Virus record (IMG/VR): IMGVR_UViG_3300045988_001472
Coordinates: 1-22,022 of that record
Strand: one strand, 5' to 3'
Length of the DNA: 22,022 nucleotides
Origin: a virus
Each line of letters begins with the position of its first letter. Position 1 is the stretch's first letter. Of this stretch, positions 18,933 through 22,022 are shown one piece after another. A program made the translations under genes and the position numbers. The notes under the pieces were generated by a model. The model had not been told where the DNA came from, did not search any database, and saw only the letters and a program-made list of their open reading frames with translations.

Positions 18933-19518
18933 TTTCAGTGTCACATCAAGCTATCTGACCAACCCGACAACAACAAGGATTGCTGTCCAGTCCAAAGATG
19001 GCTCGACGTGGTTGACTCGTGATGTGCCGGGCGACCACACAAGCAAGACGGATGAAGCTAAAATCCAGCTTATCTTGGATATCTTAGCGACTGAGTTGGA
19101 TCCTGCAGGGGCATTGGCACGCTACCAAGCCAAGTCAGAGGAGTCGATTAAAGACCTTGACAGCCGCTTGAATTTAGCAGAGAAAGTCGCTGAACAAGGG
19201 GAACTTACTCGTAAAATCGCTAACGTTTCCATTCTCAATGCGGTAATAAGTCAAAATATCCAGTACGGCACAATCTACAAGCAATACTTGGAATTGTTGC
19301 CAGTCGCTAAAAAAGGCGATGTATTCAGCGCTGGGGATATCTTTGCTATCGAAGCCCCGGACCACGAAGAAGTGGACGGAGAAGGCAAACTGGTACTTAT
19401 CCAAGTAAACGGGTCTTTCACTTACGAAAATCAGCCATTCGCTGATTTCGCAAAAGGTGGCAAGTTAGAAAACAATGGGATTGCTACTGCATGGCTATTC
19501 AAACCGAAGGAGAATTAA
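18919..19518 (+). CDS. Hypothetical protein between the tail fibre and holin genes
   Basis: A 199-aa ORF with an AAGGAG RBS. Its stop overlaps the holin start (TAATG). No motif was recognised. Confidence 0.5.
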   Translation: MNKSNFSVTSSYLTNPTTTRIAVQSKDGSTWLTRDVPGDHTSKTDEAKIQLILDILATELDPAGALARYQAKSEESIKDLDSRLNLAEKVAEQGELTRKIANVSILNAVISQNIQYGTIYKQYLELLPVAKKGDVFSAGDIFAIEAPDHEEVDGEGKLVLIQVNGSFTYENQPFADFAKGGKLENNGIATAWLFKPKEN

Positions 19519-19952
19519 TGGTACAGAAACCAGATGGCATCTTTGGGCTCTTTGATGTAGTCCGAGACTTCTACGCACACGGTATTGATGAGCATCCGTG
19601 GGTACTTATTCTCGTGATAATTATTTTTTCAGACATTGCCGTAGGTGTGTCTAGAGCTTGGGCTGCTCACGAACTCTCGAGCACAAAGTTCCGAAAAGGG
19701 GTAGCCAGCCACACAGCGATGGTTGTGTTTGTGGCGATATTCTACCCGTTTGCGATTTTCATGAATTTGGGCAGTATCGTTGATACATTTATATTCTCAA
19801 TGATTGCAGCTTACACTTCTAGTATTTTGGCTAGCCTGTCAGCGTTAGGCGTGGAAATCCCCTATATCGACAAGTACATCAAAAAAAATATTGACAAAGA
19901 GAAATTTAACTTGGAACCTTCAGACAAAAAGGAGAATAATGACAATGATTAA
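19518..19952 (+). CDS. Holin (multi-pass, phage_holin_4-like)
   Basis: Three to four hydrophobic helices (WVLILVIIIFSDIAVGV, AMVVFVAIFYPFAIFM, FIFSMIAAYTSSILASL) are followed by a charged C-terminal tail. The ATG at 19518 has a GAAGGAGA RBS, which is preferred over the track start at 19491. Confidence 0.75.
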   Translation: MVQKPDGIFGLFDVVRDFYAHGIDEHPWVLILVIIIFSDIAVGVSRAWAAHELSSTKFRKGVASHTAMVVFVAIFYPFAIFMNLGSIVDTFIFSMIAAYTSSILASLSALGVEIPYIDKYIKKNIDKEKFNLEPSDKKENNDND

Positions 19953-20187
19953 TTTTAAACTACGTTTGCAAAACAAAACTACTTTGGTTGCTCTTATTTC
20001 AGCAGTATTCTTGATGTTGCAACAGTTCGGGCTTGAAATTCCTCACAACATTCAAGAAGGTGTCAATACTTTCGTTGTGATCTTGGTAATTTTGGGAATT
20101 GTTACAGACCCAACAACTAAGGGTCTTGGAGATAGCGAACAAGCATTGAGCTACCACGAACCTCGAAACGATAAGGAGGGCTACTAA
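19939..20187 (+). CDS. Second small holin-like membrane protein
   Basis: About 82 aa with two hydrophobic helices ([32 protein letters not shown]) and a charged C-terminus. A GGAG RBS lies 4 nt before ATG 19939. A second in-frame ATG at 19945 gives the dual-start pattern common in holins. Confidence 0.7.
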   Translation: MTMINFKLRLQNKTTLVALISAVFLMLQQFGLEIPHNIQEGVNTFVVILVILGIVTDPTTKGLGDSEQALSYHEPRNDKEGY

Positions 20188-20188
20188 T

Positions 20189-20638
20189 ATGGCAACAGAT
20201 AACGACATCATTCAATTTGCAGAAGACCTAGCTAACGCTGGGATTGGTACCGATGCAGACGGAGCTTATGGGACACAATGCGTTGACCTGCCTAACTCTA
20301 TCTCAATTAATTTCTTTGGCCGTACTCTTTGGGGCAATGCTATTGACTTGCTCAACTCAGCGGCAGAAGCAGGCTATGAAGTCGAGTATAACCAAATGGG
20401 GAACCTTGACAGTCGTCCACGTCGTGGGGCTGTATTCGTCATGGATACTACTTACATCGCAGGACACCCATACGGGCACACTGGTCTGGTTATCGAAGAC
20501 TCAGACGGCTATACCATGCGAACTATCGAGCAGAATATTGACGGGAACGCTGATAGCTTGTATGTTGGTGGTCCTGCTCGTTACAATACACGCAATTTTG
20601 ACGGTATTGTAGGCTGGTTCTACTTCCCAACAGATTAA
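20189..20638 (+). CDS. Endolysin, CHAP catalytic domain only (149 aa)
   Basis: The CHAP signature is present: Cys in [10 protein letters not shown], His in [11 protein letters not shown], then IEQNIDG. The ORF terminates at TAA 20636-20638, right at the domain boundary (GWFYFPTD*). Confidence 0.85.
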   Translation: MATDNDIIQFAEDLANAGIGTDADGAYGTQCVDLPNSISINFFGRTLWGNAIDLLNSAAEAGYEVEYNQMGNLDSRPRRGAVFVMDTTYIAGHPYGHTGLVIEDSDGYTMRTIEQNIDGNADSLYVGGPARYNTRNFDGIVGWFYFPTD

Positions 20639-20666
20639 AGAGGAAACCGGATCATTCACAGTTGAA

Positions 20667-20879
20667 GTGTCAGCTCTCAACGTTCGAGCTGGTGCCGGTC
20701 TAGGTGCTGAAATCGTGGCAGTTTATGGAGCTGGCGAAACTATCAACTACGATGGCTGGTGTGACGTTGACGGCTATATCTGGATTAGCTACATTAGCTG
20801 GTCTGGAAATCGTCGCTATGTAGCAGTCGGCCAGTCAGAGAACGGCCGACGTGTAACGTCATTCGGTTCATTCGCCTAA
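20667..20879 (+). CDS. SH3b (SH3_5-type) cell-wall-binding domain ORF, in the +1 frame relative to the CHAP ORF. It is probably the displaced C-terminus of the same lysin.
   Basis: The sequence ALNVRAGAG..EIVAVYGAGETINYDGW.DVDGYIWISYISWSGNRRYVAVG is a typical lysin SH3b domain. The frame is open from 20613, and the domain-like residues EETGSFTVEV precede the only candidate start (GTG 20667). That GTG has no RBS. Confidence 0.7.
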   Translation: MSALNVRAGAGLGAEIVAVYGAGETINYDGWCDVDGYIWISYISWSGNRRYVAVGQSENGRRVTSFGSFA

Positions 20880-20972
20880 AATGTAATAAGCAGACCACGC
20901 AAACTATAAAACTAAAAGGAGTATATCACCTCCCGACAGACCACAGTTCGGACATCATGGTGGTAGTGGTCG

Positions 20973-21000
20973 AGCCTCAGCGTTTGTTGGGGCTTTTTTT
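20973..21000 (+). terminator. Intrinsic terminator T1 at the end of the late/lysis operon
   Basis: Stem AGCCTCA (20973-20979) pairs with TGGGGCT (20988-20994), with one G.U pair, and runs into a T7 tract. Confidence 0.65.
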
Positions 21001-21003
21001 ATT

Positions 21004-21053
21004 TGCTATAAAATGCTATAAAATGCTATAAAATGCTATAAAATGCTATAATA
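21004..21053. repeat. Tandem 10-bp repeat: (TGCTATAAAA) x4 followed by TGCTATAATA
   Basis: Read directly: four perfect units at 21004, 21014, 21024 and 21034, plus a fifth variant at 21044 that forms a perfect extended -10 box (TGcTATAAT). Confidence 0.95.
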
Positions 21054-21058
21054 TACAT

Positions 21059-21118
21059 GAAACGACAATCCCCCTGCATCCATTATGGACAGATACGTTC
21101 TGACGCAGGGCTTTTTTT
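21059..21118 (+). ncRNA. Candidate ~60-nt small RNA 1 (promoter-to-terminator unit)
   Basis: An extended -10 box TGCTATAAT lies at 21044-21052, so the start is expected near 21059-21060. The unit ends in an interrupted hairpin. The outer stem is CCCTGCATC (21072-21080) with GACGCAGGG (21102-21110), one mismatch. The inner stem is GGAC (21087-21090) with GTTC (21097-21100). A T7 run follows at 21112-21118. No RBS or credible ORF is present. Confidence 0.3.
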
Positions 21119-21119
21119 A

Positions 21120-21128
21120 TGTTATAAT
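21120..21128 (+). promoter_or_regulatory. Extended -10 promoter box TGTTATAAT
   Basis: It is a perfect TGnTATAAT. A CTGACG (4/6 match to the -35 consensus) lies exactly 17 bp upstream at 21100-21105, inside the 3' arm of the previous hairpin. Confidence 0.45.
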
Positions 21129-21134
21129 ATATCT

Positions 21135-21185
21135 ATCCATCATAGGCAAAGAGCTACGAGGTTATCTCATAGCTCTTTTTTATTT
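21135..21185 (+). ncRNA. Candidate ~50-nt small RNA 2
   Basis: The start is predicted ~7 nt after the -10 at 21128. A 14-nt unpaired 5' end (AUCCAUCAUAGGCA) is followed by a 12-bp hairpin, AAGAGCTACGAG (21149-21160) with CTCATAGCTCTT (21166-21177), one mismatch. The hairpin runs into a T tract. No ORF is present. Confidence 0.3.
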
Positions 21186-21256
21186 GTAATTTCCATAGAT
21201 AAGTGATAACATAGTCAGTGGAATACTTGGCGTCATTTCGATAAATTTCTCGAACT

Positions 21257-21284
21257 GCCCCCGGCTTTTAGTCGGGGCTTTTTT
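21257..21284 (+). terminator. Intrinsic terminator T4
   Basis: A GC-rich stem GCCCC(C)GGC (21257-21265) pairs with GTCGGGGC (21271-21278) around loop TTTTA, followed by a T6 run. Confidence 0.65.
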
Positions 21285-21321
21285 ATTTTGCAAAAAAACT
21301 TAAATTTCTTTGTAAAAAGTG

Positions 21322-21350
21322 TTGACAATATATAGTATATGTACTATAAT
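21322..21350 (+). promoter_or_regulatory. Perfect consensus sigma-A promoter with an embedded operator-like palindrome
   Basis: TTGACA (21322-21327), exactly 17 bp of spacer, then TATAAT (21345-21350). The inverted repeat TATAGTA-tatg-TACTATA (21331-21348) fills the spacer and overlaps the -10. Confidence 0.8.
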
Positions 21351-21403
21351 ATAAATGAAGATAAGGAAAGGGAGAACAAAAGAAGTTCTCAAGGTAAAAC
21401 AAA

Positions 21404-21586
21404 ATGGCATTAACACAAAAACAAATCAACGAACTTGTTACTGAATATAAAAAACACTACGATGGTGACGAAGAAGTCACTGAAGAAAAAGTCCTCAACG
21501 ACTTACAAGAGTACATGAAAGACTTCACAGATTACGAAGATTTCGACGAAGTTCCCTTTGAAGAATTGATTGACTTTATAGGATAA
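21404..21586 (+). CDS. Hyper-acidic 60-aa protein of unknown function
   Basis: It is the first ORF downstream of the consensus promoter. By direct count it has 11 Glu + 8 Asp against 5 Lys and 0 Arg. The RBS is weak (AAGG, 9 nt upstream). Confidence 0.6.
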   Translation: MALTQKQINELVTEYKKHYDGDEEVTEEKVLNDLQEYMKDFTDYEDFDEVPFEELIDFIG

Positions 21587-21603
21587 CTCAAAGGAGCAGC
21601 ATA

Positions 21604-21789
21604 ATGACAGATGCACAGCAAAAAGCCACTAAGAAGTGGAATGAGAACAATCGAGAACATCGGAATTACCTATCAAAAAGGTCGTCAGCTCGTAGCTTCA
21701 TCAGAAATCATGCTACGGGTTCGGACTTGAACGAGTTAGAGGAATTAATCGCAGAAAGACGTTGTAATTTGGGAACGATAAAAGACTAG
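21604..21789 (+). CDS. Small 61-aa protein with a basic N-terminal half, unknown function; possible DNA-binding regulator
   Basis: AAGGAG RBS. Residues 1-36 have 9 K/R against 3 D/E (KKWNENNREHRNYLSKRSSARSFIRNH). The C-terminal part is helical and acidic. It is co-transcribed with the acidic ORF. Confidence 0.6.
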   Translation: MTDAQQKATKKWNENNREHRNYLSKRSSARSFIRNHATGSDLNELEELIAERRCNLGTIKD

Positions 21790-21808
21790 GGGTATCCTAG
21801 CCTTTTTT
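21786..21808 (+). terminator. Weak intrinsic terminator after the two-gene cassette
   Basis: A 5-bp stem CTAGG (21786-21790) with CCTAG (21796-21800) is followed by CC and a T6 run. It overlaps the stop codon. Confidence 0.4.
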
Positions 21809-21909
21809 GTGTATTCATGATAAATCGTTAGACATTTAATCTAAATAAAGGTACACTATAGATGTATTTTAGGCGATTGCGTGCCGAATGTTTTTGTTTT
21901 TTCATGTCG

Positions 21910-21940
21910 CTTGGTAGCTCATGCTGCCAAGTCTTTTTTT
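21910..21940 (+). terminator. Intrinsic terminator
   Basis: A 9-bp stem CTTGGTAGC (21910-21918) with GCTGCCAAG (21923-21931), one G.U pair, surrounds loop TCAT and is followed by TC and a T7 run. Confidence 0.6.
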
Positions 21941-21944
21941 ATGC

Positions 21945-21974
21945 TCAATCAAGAATTTTAGTGTCCTTGATTGA
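21945..21974. repeat. 9-bp perfect inverted repeat with a 12-bp spacer
   Basis: TCAATCAAG (21945-21953) and CTTGATTGA (21966-21974). It is not followed by a T tract, so it is not an obvious terminator. Confidence 0.7.
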
Positions 21975-22022
21975 AATGAAGGTTACTAAAACGCTCTATA
22001 ATTTCCATAAAATAACGATGGT

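Larger units (their letters stand above)
1..22022 (+). mobile_element. Late-gene arm of a temperate siphovirus/prophage: packaging, head, tail and lysis modules plus a terminal accessory region
   Basis: There is an uninterrupted, co-oriented and mostly overlapping series of recognisable phage genes: terminase, portal, capsid, tail, tape measure, holin and lysin. No host housekeeping genes are visible. Confidence 0.85.

Noticed and set aside
409-20612. Many ORF-track entries lie on the minus strand or in alternative + frames inside the large genes. Examples are 808-1203(-), 1167-1517(-), 3448-3795(+), 6179-6559(+), 6484-6894(-), 8407-8844(-), 10665-11093(-), 14970-15275(-), 18203-18475(+) and 20244-20612(+).
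   Set aside because: All are fully embedded in + strand genes that have clear phage-family signatures. They lack RBS or start context and have low-complexity or frame-shadow compositions (Ser/Leu/Arg/Lys rich). None interrupts the tight translational coupling of the main gene series.
20613-20667. A group I intron interrupting the lysin, as described in some S. thermophilus phage lysin genes.
   Set aside because: The two reading frames overlap by ~25 nt, and the whole junction is under 60 nt. There is no room for an intron. The discontinuity is a single +1 frame offset.
20891-20933. An A-rich tail CTATAAAACTAAAAGGAG resembles the 3' tail of preQ1-I riboswitches. In addition, an AGGAG (20917-20921) is followed by an anti-SD-like CACCTCC (20927-20933).
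   Set aside because: No 5-bp P1 hairpin precedes the tail. No canonical start codon follows the AGGAG within 5-12 nt (only ATA/ATC). No gene lies downstream before terminator T1. The region is more simply a structured 3' UTR of the lysis operon, with CAGACCAC repeated at 20891 and 20937 and complementary GTGGTC at 20966.
21004-21053. Could the tandem repeat be a CRISPR array?
   Set aside because: The units are 10 bp and directly abutting, with no spacers. No cas genes or leader are present.
21149-21185. The minus strand of hairpin T3 contains AGAGCTATG, identical to 9 nt of the S. pyogenes type II-A CRISPR repeat (GTTTTAGAGCTATGCTG...). This raised the idea of an RNA anti-CRISPR or solitary repeat unit.
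   Set aside because: Identity stops at 9 nt, and the flanks (AAAAA and AGATAAC) do not match. My rough estimate for a 9-mer hit between a 36-nt repeat and ~1 kb on both strands is ~0.2, so it is not significant. The AGCT core is simply what makes the hairpin palindromic. It is worth a formal comparison with the actual host repeats but is not claimable.
21085-21189. A 34-aa hydrophobic ORF (MDRYVLTQGFFYVIIYLSIIGKELRGYLIALFYL) that looks like a type I toxin peptide.
   Set aside because: It has no Shine-Dalgarno sequence upstream. The ORF reads straight through terminator T2, a -10 box and terminator T3. Its hydrophobicity comes from translating T runs and AT-rich promoter DNA (Phe/Ile/Tyr/Leu), so it is most likely a composition artefact.
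21828-21905. A minus-strand 25-aa ORF (MKKQKHSARNRLKYIYSVPLFRLNV).
   Set aside because: It has no RBS. Its ATG sits inside the base of a + strand terminator. It is very short and has no recognisable features.
1-22022. A search by eye for tRNA/tmRNA genes, integrase/transposase genes, toxin genes and restriction endonucleases.
   Set aside because: No T-loop (GGTTCGAATCC-like) or cloverleaf candidates were found, and there are no unexplained ORFs longer than 60 aa outside the annotated series. Integrase and att sites, if present, lie outside this window.

Overview
This window is the late arm (packaging, morphogenesis, lysis) of a temperate, probably pac-type siphovirus or prophage. The host looks like a low-GC Gram-positive coccus, likely Streptococcus. 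That assignment is inferred from gene order, the dual holins and a PlySs2-like CHAP+SH3b lysin; no search was run. All credible genes are on the + strand and mostly translationally coupled. In order they are: the 3' part of a ParB-domain/DNA methyltransferase fusion, terS, terL, an SPP1-like portal, a gp7/Mu-F-like head morphogenesis protein, scaffold, major capsid, a small HeH-motif protein, four head-tail joining genes, major tail protein with its own terminator, and tail chaperones G/G-T with a recognisable -1 frameshift signal. These are followed by a 1003-aa tape measure, Dit, a 1659-aa Tal/receptor-binding protein, two small unknowns, two holins, and a CHAP endolysin ORF that is out of frame with its SH3b wall-binding domain. 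The most unusual part is the last ~1.1 kb (20.9-22.0 kb). It holds four back-to-back intrinsic terminators interleaved with extended -10 boxes, which predicts very small RNAs. It also holds a 10-bp tandem repeat that stacks five TGnTATAAx boxes. Finally, an autonomous two-gene cassette is driven by a perfect consensus promoter carrying an operator-like palindrome. That cassette encodes a hyper-acidic 60-aa protein and a basic 61-aa protein. I flag it as a candidate anti-defence (acr/aca-like) or paratox-like moron, by inference only. No rRNA, tRNA, CRISPR array or transposase was seen.
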